From assembly GCA_030616305.1 (NCBI GenBank), contig JAUWXQ010000003.1, positions 1-33,703 on the forward strand: a stretch of DNA of 33,703 nucleotides, written 5' to 3'. The first letter of the stretch is position 1. Every line of letters starts with the position of its first letter. The stretch is from Hadesarchaea archaeon (GTDB lineage Archaea; Hadarchaeota; Hadarchaeia; Hadarchaeales; Hadarchaeaceae). Below the pieces are notes generated by a model, which saw only the letters and a list, made by a program, of their open reading frames with translations, made no database searches and was not told where the DNA came from. Below, in pieces: positions 1 through 8,639 of the stretch. A program made the translations under genes and the position numbers.

Positions 1-162
1 ACTTGCGGTGCTTTCGGTATAATAATGCTCTCAGGGATGCCGATGTTAGGGATGTTCGGCGGCATAATGGCATTGGTAATCATATTCTGTATGCTTGCCG
101 CACTATTTGTCCTGCCATCCATACTCGTTGCATATGCAAGACGGGCAGGACGGAAAAGATGA
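1..162 (+). CDS. 3' end of an RND/MMPL-family membrane transporter (partial, starts before window)
   Basis: Frame 1 reads TCGAFGIIMLSGMPMLGMFGGIMALVIIFCMLAALFVLPSILVAYARRAGRKR*. This is two hydrophobic helices with the TxxxFxxxxxSxxPxLxxFG...LP pattern of the last MMPL/RND helices. Not in the ORF track. Confidence 0.7.
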   Translation, partial: TCGAFGIIMLSGMPMLGMFGGIMALVIIFCMLAALFVLPSILVAYARRAGRKR

Positions 163-234
163 ATGGTAAAGCCGCCTAGATTGAAGCTAACGTTTGACAG
201 TGGCCGCGTTGTTTTCACCGGTAAATTGGTGCTG

Positions 235-254
235 AAATCCCCTCCCCCGCACCA
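235..254 (+). mobile_element. Isolated tRNA 3' fragment (tRNA-Leu-like), probable att site of an integrated element
   Basis: AAAT-CCCCT-CCCCCGC-A-CCA parses as end of T-loop, 3' T-stem strand, 3' acceptor strand, discriminator A and CCA. No 5' tRNA half lies upstream. The implied 5' end GCGGGGG with A73 is typical of archaeal tRNA-Leu. Confidence 0.65.
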
Positions 255-336
255 TCAGTTGAAAACCGAGAATCGGGCTCATTTTTGATGGCTGTCGAAA
301 AGAACGATCAATAATGAAAATGATTAGAATGACCAG

Positions 337-2997
337 CTATAGGTATCTCAGTTTTTCCGCCTCTCCGGCTTTGAGTGCGGCGTGAGCCGCGGCCAGCCTC
401 GCCACTGGAATCCTGAATGGTGAACAAGAAACGTAGTTTAGACCCAGCTCATGACAGAACTCGATCGAAGCTGGATCTCCTCCGTGTTCGCCGCAGATGC
501 CGATTTCTAAATCCGGCCTCTTCTTCCGCCCCAGCTCGACTCCGATCTGCATTAGCTTTCCCACCCCTCTTCGGTCGAGTGTCTGGAATGGATCCACTTG
601 CAGTATCCCAAGTCTGATGTAATCAAACATGAATTTTCCCTCTGCATCGTCACGAGAGTATGCAAAGGTCATCTGTGTCAGATCGTTGGTGCCGAAAGAA
701 AAGAACTCCGCATACTCTGCAATCTCGTCGGCGGTGAGCGCCGCACGGGGAACCTCAATCATCGTGCCGAACTTGTAGGAAACTTCGCCATATTTACTCA
801 TCACCTCCCGCGCCACTCGCTCAAGCTGCTCCCTCACCGTTCTGAGCTCGTTAACGTGGCCCACCAGAGGGATCATTATTTCCGGCCGGGGATCCTTTCC
901 TTCCCTTTTCAGTTCACAGGCTGCCTCGAAGATCGCCCTGACCTGCATCTCATTTATATCAGGATTGGTGATTCCCAGCCTGCAGCCCCGGAGCCCCATC
1001 ATGGGGTTCGCTTCCCTCATCGCCTCCACGCGCTTCAGAAGGTCCTCCGCGGCTTTCAATTCCTCAGCTCTTCCACCGCTCATCCTACGCATAATCACTT
1101 CTTGAAGCAGCCCCTCGTATTTCGGCAAGAATTCGTGGAGGGGCGGGTCAAGGAGGCGGATTACTACGGGCAGTCCATCCATCACCTTCAGAATCTCTTT
1201 GAAGTCGCCCTTCTGGATTTCGAGCAGTTTTCCAAGAGGCTCCTTTCGTTCCTCCTCGGTCTCCCCAAGTATCGCTTTGCGGATGAGTGGCAGCCTCTCC
1301 TGTTCAAAGAACATGTGCTCTGTTCTGCAAAGGCCTATCCCCTGGGCTCCAAGCTCCCTCGCCCGCTTAGCATCGCGTGGGTAGTCTGCGTTCGCCCAAT
1401 TTTGCAGCCGCTTGAATTCGTCGCTCCACGAAAGCAGCTTCAATAGCTCCTTTGACATTTTAGGCTCGACAAGCGGGGCCTCACCGGGGATGACCTCACC
1501 AGTGGAGCCATTTATCGTGATCACATCGCCCTCTTTTACTGTGGTTCCATTTGTTTCGAATATGCGCTTTTCTAAATCTATTTTAATCCCTTCACAGCCA
1601 ACAACCGCTGGCTTCCCCAGCCCTCTCGTTACAACGGCCGCATGACTTGTCAAGCCTCCCCTAGAGGTAAGCACGCCCACCGAAGCGATTATTCCTCCCA
1701 CATCGTCGGGATTTGTCTCAGGTCGAACGAGAATCACTGCCTTCCCAGCGTTTTCCAGCTCTTTTGCCCGATCGGAATCAAACACAACTTTTCCGACGGC
1801 TGCGCCTGGGCTGGCATTGAGCCCTTTCGCAATCACCTTGACCTTGGCCTTCGGGTCGATTTGTTTGTGCAAGAGCTGCTCGGCTTGGCCAGGTTCCACG
1901 CGCAGGACGGCTTCCTGCTTTTTAATCAATCCTTCCTCGGCCATGCTCACCGCAATTCTTACTGCCGCCTGCGCAGTCCGCTTCCCGGCCCGCGTCTGGA
2001 GCATGTACAGCTTGCCCTGTTCAACAGTAAATTCAACATCTTGCATCTCGCGGTAGTGGTGCTCGAGCTTATCCGCAATGTCCAAAAGTTGTTTGTAAAT
2101 CTCTGGATATTTTTGCTCAAGCTCCGAGATTTTGAGGGGGGTGCGGATACCAGCGACGACATCCTCCCCCTGGGCGTTGAAAAGAAATTCTCCGTAGAGC
2201 CCTTTAGCACCTGTACTTGGATCTCGGGTGAAAGCGACACCAGTTCCTGAGTCTGGCCCCATGTTTCCAAACACCATGAGTACAACGTTGATTGCCGTGC
2301 CGAGGTCGTGTGGGATTTTGTAGTACTCCCGATACTCCCGAGCCCGTTTGTTGTTCCAAGACCTGAAGACCGCGCTTATCGCAAGCTCGAGCTGTTTGAG
2401 AGGGTCAGAGGGAAATTCCTTTCCGGTTTCAATTTTTACAATTTGCTTGAACTGTTCGACAACCTTTCTCATGTCCTCAACTTTCAAATCTGTGTCGAGC
2501 TTGGTCCCAATTTTTTCTTTTTGTTTTTCAAAAACATCCTCAAACTTTTTAGCATCTATCCCGAGCACGATTTTTCCGAACATCTGGATGAAGCGCCGAT
2601 AAGCGTCTTTGGCAAATCGCTCGTTTTTTGTCAACTTAGTCAGTCCCTCAACGGTCTCGTCATTTAACCCAAGGTTAAGAATAGTGTCCATCATACCTGG
2701 CATCGAGAGCATCGACCCTGAACGGATGGATACGAGAAGCGGCTTCTTGGGGTCGCCGAAGCCTTTGTCCGTGAGTTCTTCAAGCCTGCGCATGGCCGCC
2801 CCAACTTCGTCCATCAGCCCGCCAGGGAGTTTCCCGCCGTCCTCGTAGTAACGCTTACAGACCTCGGTGGTGATCACGAAACCTGGGGGAACCGGCAGTT
2901 CAAGCTGGGTCATCGTGCAGAGGCCGGCACCCTTGCCTCCAAGCAACCTTTTGTTTTTTCCGTCTCCCTCATCGTAGAAATAAAGGTTCTTCTTCAT
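337..2997 (-). CDS. ppdK: Pyruvate, phosphate dikinase (PPi-dependent)
   Basis: LLGGKGAGL, PLLVSIRSG..SMPGMMDTILNLGLN, AQGEDVVAGIRTP, phospho-His motif GGLTSHAAVV, GIGLCRTEHMFF, FSFGTNDLTQ, GICGEHGGDP. Start moved to ATG 2997 (MKKNLY), which follows GAGGGAG. Confidence 0.97.
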   Translation of the reverse strand: MKKNLYFYDEGDGKNKRLLGGKGAGLCTMTQLELPVPPGFVITTEVCKRYYEDGGKLPGGLMDEVGAAMRRLEELTDKGFGDPKKPLLVSIRSGSMLSMPGMMDTILNLGLNDETVEGLTKLTKNERFAKDAYRRFIQMFGKIVLGIDAKKFEDVFEKQKEKIGTKLDTDLKVEDMRKVVEQFKQIVKIETGKEFPSDPLKQLELAISAVFRSWNNKRAREYREYYKIPHDLGTAINVVLMVFGNMGPDSGTGVAFTRDPSTGAKGLYGEFLFNAQGEDVVAGIRTPLKISELEQKYPEIYKQLLDIADKLEHHYREMQDVEFTVEQGKLYMLQTRAGKRTAQAAVRIAVSMAEEGLIKKQEAVLRVEPGQAEQLLHKQIDPKAKVKVIAKGLNASPGAAVGKVVFDSDRAKELENAGKAVILVRPETNPDDVGGIIASVGVLTSRGGLTSHAAVVTRGLGKPAVVGCEGIKIDLEKRIFETNGTTVKEGDVITINGSTGEVIPGEAPLVEPKMSKELLKLLSWSDEFKRLQNWANADYPRDAKRARELGAQGIGLCRTEHMFFEQERLPLIRKAILGETEEERKEPLGKLLEIQKGDFKEILKVMDGLPVVIRLLDPPLHEFLPKYEGLLQEVIMRRMSGGRAEELKAAEDLLKRVEAMREANPMMGLRGCRLGITNPDINEMQVRAIFEAACELKREGKDPRPEIMIPLVGHVNELRTVREQLERVAREVMSKYGEVSYKFGTMIEVPRAALTADEIAEYAEFFSFGTNDLTQMTFAYSRDDAEGKFMFDYIRLGILQVDPFQTLDRRGVGKLMQIGVELGRKKRPDLEIGICGEHGGDPASIEFCHELGLNYVSCSPFRIPVARLAAAHAALKAGEAEKLRYL

Positions 2998-3114
2998 GAG
3001 TACTCCCTCACAGCTTTTAGCGAGATACTCAAACATTTAAAACCTTTGCTCTTCCCCTCAATAAAAGACTATCAAAGATTTGAAAAAGACCTACGGGTAA
3101 GTAATAGGATAGAT

Positions 3115-3996
3115 ATGGAACACGAACATTTGATTCCGATCAGACCCGGCTTCGGCGGCTTCGATGAGCCCTACGAGCGGGCCAATGTGGTGTTCATGGG
3201 GGTTCCGCTAGACGTCACCTCTAGCTACCGCTCCGGATACCGGTTCGCCCCCGCCAAAATTAGGGAGGCGTCAGCGAACCTTGAGACATACCTGACATCT
3301 GCGGGGTTGGACGTCTTCGAGCAGCTCAACATCTCCGACGTTGGCGACATCGTAATCACGCCCACTGACTTAAAGGCGACCGGGGAGCGAATCACCCGAC
3401 TGGTCAAGCGAGTGAGCGGCGAAGGGAAGATGCCGATTCTGCTTGGCGGGGAACACACCCTGACCTACTTCGCTCTACAAGCCTTCGATGATATCTCTGT
3501 GATACAGCTTGACGCCCACCGCGACCTTCGCGACGAGTATATGGGCGACAAGCTCTGTCATGCGACGGTGATGCGCAGAGTACTCGAACATCTACCGCCC
3601 GAGCGCCTTCTACAATTAGGCATCCGCTCGTGCTCCAAGGAGGAAGCAGAGTTCGCGCAGGAGACGGCAGTGACAACCTACACATCGGAGCAGGTGATCG
3701 GCGATGTTCAAGGAGTAGTTGCAGCAGTGAAAAAGCTCGCTGGCGACTCGCGCGTTTACCTAACGATTGATTTGGATGTCCTAGATCCTGCTTTCGCTCC
3801 TGGGGTCGCGACACCCGAGCCTGGCGGCCTCTCCACGGTGGAACTCCTGCGTTTGATTAGGGAACTCGGGAAACTTAACGTGGAGGCTTTTGACGTGGTA
3901 GAGCTTGTTCCGCCCCACGACGATGGAACCGCTGCCTTCGCTGCAGCAAAAATAATCTACGAATTACTTGCAGCAATAGCGAGCTCAGTAAAGTAG
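3115..3996 (+). CDS. speB: Agmatinase (ureohydrolase family)
   Basis: GVPLDVTSSYRSG.RFAP, LGGEHT, DAHRD and TIDLDVLDPAFAPGV.TPEPGG metal-binding motifs. ATG 3115 preferred to TTG 3046. Confidence 0.9.
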   Translation: MEHEHLIPIRPGFGGFDEPYERANVVFMGVPLDVTSSYRSGYRFAPAKIREASANLETYLTSAGLDVFEQLNISDVGDIVITPTDLKATGERITRLVKRVSGEGKMPILLGGEHTLTYFALQAFDDISVIQLDAHRDLRDEYMGDKLCHATVMRRVLEHLPPERLLQLGIRSCSKEEAEFAQETAVTTYTSEQVIGDVQGVVAAVKKLAGDSRVYLTIDLDVLDPAFAPGVATPEPGGLSTVELLRLIRELGKLNVEAFDVVELVPPHDDGTAAFAAAKIIYELLAAIASSVK

Positions 3997-4001
3997 GAGA
4001 A

Positions 4002-4520
4002 TCACTGAAGAAATTCTTGTCCCTTCTCTACGACAATCCTAGCGGGTAGAGAGAGCTTCAGACTTGCTCTTCGAAGCGCTTCCTTTGCGATGAGCGCGAA
4101 TTCCTTTGTAATCCTAACAGTTATCAGCTTCTGTCCGGCACTCACTCGCGCGGCGGTCCCTATCGGCCTGCCGAAAGCCCGTTGCATACCATCGGAGATG
4201 CGGTCTGCCCCGGCCCCTACCGCCATTGGGTTTTCGCGAAGCACCTGGTGAGGGTAGACGCGAAGCTTGAGATGATAGTTGTCCTTCCCTGCATTGACTT
4301 CAAGCAAGCGATTCGCCGCTATGCGCGCGGCCTCAAAGGCGTTGTGCCTTATCTGCCCGGCTTCCTGCGAGATTAGAGACATCTCGACTGGAAAATCGCC
4401 TTTAGGGTTGCCCATATCGAAGAAGGTCACCCGTATGCCGGGCACCCCCTTTATAAATTCCCGCCGGGTGTATGCTGGCCCACTGAAATGCCTGTATGCC
4501 CGAGCTGGTCTCAACGGCAT
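4002..4520 (-). CDS. rpl10e: 50S ribosomal protein L10e (uL16)
   Basis: [64 protein letters not shown]. Confidence 0.97.
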   Translation of the reverse strand: MPLRPARAYRHFSGPAYTRREFIKGVPGIRVTFFDMGNPKGDFPVEMSLISQEAGQIRHNAFEAARIAANRLLEVNAGKDNYHLKLRVYPHQVLRENPMAVGAGADRISDGMQRAFGRPIGTAARVSAGQKLITVRITKEFALIAKEALRRASLKLSLPARIVVEKGQEFLQ

Positions 4521-4588
4521 TTAAATCCCTTGTTAAGCTCTAGCTATCCTTTATAATAGTATTGAAGTCATCAAAAGATTGGGTAAAA

Positions 4589-5242
4589 ATGTATGTGGTC
4601 ATCGTAGGCGGAGGGCAGGTCGGCTCCAAGCTGGCGAAGCGACTCACGAATCGCGGACACAACGTCGTGCTCATCGAAAAGGACGAGAAGCGGGCGCACG
4701 AACTGGCGGCTGAACTGGATGTGTTGGTTATCCATGGAAGTGGTGCTGATCTGGATGCTTTGAAGGATGCCGGCATTGATAAAGCTGAGGTTCTAGTCGC
4801 CCTAGCTGAAGCCGACGAGGTCAACCTCATGGCCTGTGAGCTGTCCAAGAAGCTCGGCGTCCGGAAGGTAATCTCAAGGGTCAACGACGAGGAACACGGC
4901 AAGATGTTCGAAGGGATGGGTGTGGATATCGCTGTCAGTTTGCCGAGCGCGGCAGTTATGCTCTTCGAAAAGGCCGTGACGGGAGCGGGAGTTTACGGCC
5001 TCTTGGGTATAGGTGGCGGCAAGGGAGAAGTGGTCGAGGTCACCGTTGGCCCGAACTCGAAAGTAGTGGGGAAGGAAATCAAAAAAATAAACATCCCCAA
5101 GGGCTGCACGCTTGCTATGATCACGCGTGGGGACGAACTCATCCCTCCCAGAGGAGAGACGATAATTCAGGTAGGGGACCTCATCACGGTTGTCGGAAAA
5201 TCGAATGACGTTCTCAAAACAACGAAGTACCTACGCGGCTAG
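4589..5242 (+). CDS. trkA: TrkA/KtrA-type K+ transport regulatory subunit (RCK_N + RCK_C)
   Basis: N-terminal Rossmann motif VIVGGGQVG, L.DAGIDKA, C-terminal ITRGDELIPPRGETIIQVGD. Start at ATG 4589. Confidence 0.88.
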   Translation: MYVVIVGGGQVGSKLAKRLTNRGHNVVLIEKDEKRAHELAAELDVLVIHGSGADLDALKDAGIDKAEVLVALAEADEVNLMACELSKKLGVRKVISRVNDEEHGKMFEGMGVDIAVSLPSAAVMLFEKAVTGAGVYGLLGIGGGKGEVVEVTVGPNSKVVGKEIKKINIPKGCTLAMITRGDELIPPRGETIIQVGDLITVVGKSNDVLKTTKYLRG

Positions 5243-5247
5243 TGAAA

Positions 5248-6399
5248 TCAAGCATGCAGCTCTACTATGTCCTTATCGTGAAGCACGTAAGTTCGGGGCA
5301 CCTGCTGTCCTGGAAACCTTCCTGATCCCCAGACCCGTGCGAATTTGAAACTCTTCTCGAAATCCCTGTGCACTGCTCGTGCCACTTGAAGAACCGTGGA
5401 CCCTTTTGGCAGGACGAGCGGGCGTTTGGCGGGCCCTTCATCTGGACGCTTCGTGTACACGCGGATGAGATCAAGATTCTCGTAAATTGATTTTTTGAGT
5501 CCTCCTCCAGTATCCTCTATCGTGATGATTCGGAAAAGAGTCCCGAACTTGCTCTCCAATAGCTTCAGCTTCTCAGTGGCCTCCGGGAGGTTGTACTTGG
5601 TGAGCACGATAAAGGCGCGGCGGTATACAATGGATTCGCCAAGAACTTCCTCGATTTCCTCTCTCGTAACCGGCTCCTCCACGACTACGAAAGCGTTGGG
5701 GACGCGACGATCGTGTAGGATGCGCTTGATTTCCGCCTCGCCGCCCTCCACCATCTCAACCCCCCTAATCTCGATTCCTCCCGTTGGCCGACGCTGGATG
5801 GTGATTTTGGGTGACCGTTGGTTGAGCCTTATGCCTACTGCACCAAGTTCATCGACTAAGGTTTGAACCTGCTGTAACGCGCCGGCGGAGGCGTCGATAA
5901 CAAGGGCAATGGCGTCTGCGTTTCGGGCTGCGCTGAGAGGCTGCGCCCCGAGCCCCTTGCCAAGGCTCGAACCCTCAACAATGGCGGGCACCTCAACGAG
6001 CTGAACCTGCACATCCTCGAACTGCATCATTCCGGGCACAGGCTCCCGGGTGGTGAACGGGTAGTCTGCTACCTCGGGGCAAGCGCTTGAAAGCTTTCGC
6101 AGTAGCCACGACTTTCCTGAGTTGGGCATCCCCACAAGAGCTACTTGCGCTGCACCCTCCTTCTTGACCGCAAAACTTGGACCGCCTCCTCTGCCTACTC
6201 TGCGCTCACGCCTCTCCTGCAACTCACTTCGGAGCTTGGCTAGGCGCCGCTTGAGGGTCTTGAGGAGCTTTTCAGTTCCTTTGTGCTTTGGGGCGACGCG
6301 AATGAGTTCCTCTGTCGCTAGGATTCGCTCTTCCAAAGTGCGCGCCTGATGGTAGCGTTCTTCAGCTTTGAAATACTCTGGTGGTAGATTGGCGGGCAT
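5248..6399 (-). CDS. OBG-family DRG-like GTPase with C-terminal TGS domain
   Basis: PKHKGTEKL N-terminal region, G1 GMPNSGKS, G2 YPFTT, C-terminal LIRVYTK...VHRDF...FARVWG...LHDKDIVELH (TGS). G3 and G4 are atypical (see findings). Confidence 0.9.
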   Translation of the reverse strand: MPANLPPEYFKAEERYHQARTLEERILATEELIRVAPKHKGTEKLLKTLKRRLAKLRSELQERRERRVGRGGGPSFAVKKEGAAQVALVGMPNSGKSWLLRKLSSACPEVADYPFTTREPVPGMMQFEDVQVQLVEVPAIVEGSSLGKGLGAQPLSAARNADAIALVIDASAGALQQVQTLVDELGAVGIRLNQRSPKITIQRRPTGGIEIRGVEMVEGGEAEIKRILHDRRVPNAFVVVEEPVTREEIEEVLGESIVYRRAFIVLTKYNLPEATEKLKLLESKFGTLFRIITIEDTGGGLKKSIYENLDLIRVYTKRPDEGPAKRPLVLPKGSTVLQVARAVHRDFEKSFKFARVWGSGRFPGQQVPRTYVLHDKDIVELHA

Positions 6400-6562
6400 C
6401 TTGACACCAAATTCTCATTCACAAGACTGGAATATTTGAATATCGAAAGGCTAGAAATCATGAAAGAAAATGAATAATGGGGGAAAGTTGCTTCAGAAGC
6501 TGTCAAAAGCCGGGCTCTGACCGTTTTTGTCTATAGCTCCACTTTTGAAATATCTCCACTTT

Positions 6563-6580
6563 TAAAAAAATCTATAAATA
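6563..6580 (+). promoter_or_regulatory. Archaeal BRE/TATA promoter for the structured RNA
   Basis: A-run followed by TATAAATA (6573-6580), ending 25 nt before G6605, the first base of the closing helix. This is the usual archaeal TATA-to-start spacing. Confidence 0.7.
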
Positions 6581-6604
6581 GAGTAACCGTGCCAAGTAGA
6601 GATT

Positions 6605-6836
6605 GGCGGGAACCGAAGCCCGCAGAGGAGGTCGAACCGGAGTCTACGGACAACGGGGAGCCGCGTGAAAACCCGGGCGAAAAACCGGGGAAGAATGCGG
6701 ATAACCTTCGTGGTGGAACGAAGGAAGACACCGACTGTGGGAAAAAGATCCTAACCAGAAAAAGACAACGAGCTAGCGAAGTGGTCGAGATTTGCGAACT
6801 CGTTGAAGGAGTAAGAGAAGGATCGAAGTTCCCGCC
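6605..6836 (+). ncRNA. Candidate structured non-coding RNA of unrecognised family (~232 nt)
   Basis: Mutually compatible nested helices: 6605-6613/6828-6836 (GGCGGGAAC/GTTCCCGCC); 6619-6625/6735-6741; 6637-6639/6654-6656 capped by GTC-TACG-GAC (cUACGg tetraloop); 6661-6666/6695-6700 with 6672-6676/6685-6689; 6705-6711/6718-6724; 6747-6752/6819-6824; 6766-6772/6799-6805. Linkers are A/G-rich. Bounded by a TATA box and a T6 tract. Confidence 0.8.
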
Positions 6837-6846
6837 TTTTTTATTT
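6837..6846 (+). terminator. Oligo-T terminator of the candidate ncRNA
   Basis: TTTTTTATTT begins at the base after the closing helix and overlaps the stop codon of the convergent reductase gene. Confidence 0.6.
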
Positions 6847-8052
6847 AACGCTAAGCAAACCACGTACGTATTTCATGACCCGTTTCACTCCGAGTTCCTG
6901 GAGAAGCCCAGGTAGCTCAGCCGCGAGAGCGCGAATCAAACTACCATGATGGTCAAAATCGAAGTTCTCAAGCACGAGTTTCTTCACGCTATCCTTTTTC
7001 AGGATCCCGAGGGTGGTGTTCAAGTCCTCATCCGACATCATCTCGAAGACCCTCCGGGCACGGACTCCCAGCTCAAATTCCCGGCCGAACTTCTCCTTGA
7101 CCATTTGATCATAAATCCGAAGCGTCTTCTCATCGGGTTCCGCTTCTAGACCTCGTGTAGCCACTTCAGCCGCAAATTTCGCGCACGAGAGCCCGATGTA
7201 GATTCCCCCGCCTGTGAGTGGTTTGACGTGGGCAGCAGCGTCTCCAACCAACAACACTCTGTTGGTATATGGCTTGCGCGAGAACGGCTCTGGGATGAGG
7301 CCAGTACAGATTTCGAGCGTCCTCACTTTTTCAACCTTTTTGGATATCACGAGGTGTTTTTCGAGGAAGAAACGTAGCATTTGGAGCGGGTTCCCTTCAG
7401 TGGTGCCAAGGCCCACCCTACAGACATCGCCTGCTTGGACGAGCCAGCCGAAGAAGCCGGGAGCAAACGAGCGGCCCAGATAAACTTCAGCTGCGTCCGC
7501 TCGGGCTTCTGCTATGACCTCTACTTGGGCACACTTGAGATACCGCTCGGATTTTAACAGACCGGCCTTCCGAGCGACGATGGAACTCGGACCGTCTGCA
7601 CCTATCACCAAGCGTGCGTTGATCTCTCCCGTATGAGTGCCCCTAATCTTCACAATCGAGTCACGACCGATCTTTACATCGACGCACCTGTTCTTGAGAA
7701 GCAATGTAGCCCCGGCACTCGCGGCCTCCCGCGCGAGGACGCGGTCGAATTCAGCACGATTGATTACAAATGCTTCAACTTTTTCCCTGGTAAGTTCGAT
7801 TGGTTCGTTGGAAGGGGGATAAATTACGGCGCGGCGAAGCTTCCCCAGCACCCAGCTCCCTGGTTTAATCCCCAGCTCCTCGAACCCTCCCACGCCGACT
7901 ATTCCTGCACAACAAGCTGGATTTCCCACTTCACCGTGTTCCTCCACCACTACAACATCAAACCCACGCTTCGCTAGGCTCCCGCCGACGAAGCATCCCG
8001 CGGGGCCGCCACCCACTATCACAACGTCGGCACGCACTTCCACACCTCGCAC
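6841..8052 (-). CDS. Geranylgeranyl reductase family FAD-dependent oxidoreductase (DGGGPL reductase-like)
   Basis: DVVIVGGGPAG, P.CCAG, INRAEFDR.LA, VIGADGPSS, APGFFGW, LLVGDAAAHVKPLTGGGI. Start may be GTG 8052 or GTG 8043. Confidence 0.88.
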   Translation of the reverse strand: MRGVEVRADVVIVGGGPAGCFVGGSLAKRGFDVVVVEEHGEVGNPACCAGIVGVGGFEELGIKPGSWVLGKLRRAVIYPPSNEPIELTREKVEAFVINRAEFDRVLAREAASAGATLLLKNRCVDVKIGRDSIVKIRGTHTGEINARLVIGADGPSSIVARKAGLLKSERYLKCAQVEVIAEARADAAEVYLGRSFAPGFFGWLVQAGDVCRVGLGTTEGNPLQMLRFFLEKHLVISKKVEKVRTLEICTGLIPEPFSRKPYTNRVLLVGDAAAHVKPLTGGGIYIGLSCAKFAAEVATRGLEAEPDEKTLRIYDQMVKEKFGREFELGVRARRVFEMMSDEDLNTTLGILKKDSVKKLVLENFDFDHHGSLIRALAAELPGLLQELGVKRVMKYVRGLLSVK

Positions 8053-8093
8053 CTTTTTTAGGTCACAACCAGATAACGGTAACGAGTGATTGA

Positions 8094-8639
8094 ATGTTAG
8101 ATATTGCCGGATACGTGATACTGGGCCTGTTCCTTTTAATAGCCCCAGGTTTTCTCTTCTCCCTGATCCTCTACCCCAAGCTTGAGAGCCTTGACTTCTG
8201 GGCCCGCATGGGAATGAGTTTGGCCCTAGGGGTGATGCTCGTCATCTACGTGGGATACTTCCTCGCGAGGCCCGAGCTGGCGATGCTCCAGCTGGCACCG
8301 TTCGTGGGGCTCACTGTGGGTGTGTGCGCCGTGCTTGTCGTCATCGCATACTTTAGGGGTGGGTTTGAAGTGATAATCGCGTATACGCGGGTAGTGATGG
8401 GATTCTTCAGAAAGTTTAAACCACCAAAACCTCCCCAGCCACCAATCCCGCCTCCGCCGGAACCGTCTCAAGAGGAGCGGAAGGGAGAGCCAGAAGGACT
8501 ACCCCCAGAGCAGTCTCAAGAACCGCAAAAGGAGCAACCGGAGGAGCGGGCCACGGAGCAGCCTGACGAGCAAACCCAAGAGCAACCTAAAGAGCAAGCC
8601 CCTGAGCAACCTCCTGAACAAAGGGGCGAGGTTAGTTGA
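8094..8639 (+). CDS. Membrane protein (about 3 TM helices, DUF1616 N-terminus-like) with Pro/Glu/Gln-rich tail
   Basis: LFLLIAPGFLFS.ILYP...LDFWAR.GMSLALG hydrophobic region, then KPPKPPQPPIPPPP and EQP-type repeats. Stop overlaps the pth2 start. Confidence 0.7.
   Translation: MLDIAGYVILGLFLLIAPGFLFSLILYPKLESLDFWARMGMSLALGVMLVIYVGYFLARPELAMLQLAPFVGLTVGVCAVLVVIAYFRGGFEVIIAYTRVVMGFFRKFKPPKPPQPPIPPPPEPSQEERKGEPEGLPPEQSQEPQKEQPEERATEQPDEQTQEQPKEQAPEQPPEQRGEVS

Noticed and set aside
180-254. Complete tRNA gene
   Set aside because: Only the last 20 nt fit. There is no GCGGGGG 5' strand, D-arm, anticodon arm or GGTTC upstream.
163-288. 41-codon ORF MVKPPRLKLTF... after the MMPL gene
   Set aside because: Short, no recognisable motif, and it runs through the tRNA-derived fragment.
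6478-6530. Possible second small RNA (GGGGGAAAG...GCTTC-A-GAAGC)
   Set aside because: Only a short palindrome with no workable loop and no convincing closing helix.
6605-6836. Identification of the structured RNA as RNase P RNA or SRP RNA
   Set aside because: GAGGAGGTCG only loosely resembles GAGGAAAGUCC, there is no P4 partner or ACAGAA..GGCUUA before the 3' closing strand, and the SRP helix-8 motif and long rod are absent. A covariance-model search is still needed to exclude a very divergent form.
6589-6915. 108-aa + strand ORF, and the 110-aa minus ORF at 6531-6863, over the candidate RNA
   Set aside because: No recognisable motifs, both overlap the reductase 3' end, and the + ORF starts upstream of the predicted transcription start and crosses the T-tract. 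The charged composition follows from purine-rich RNA linkers.
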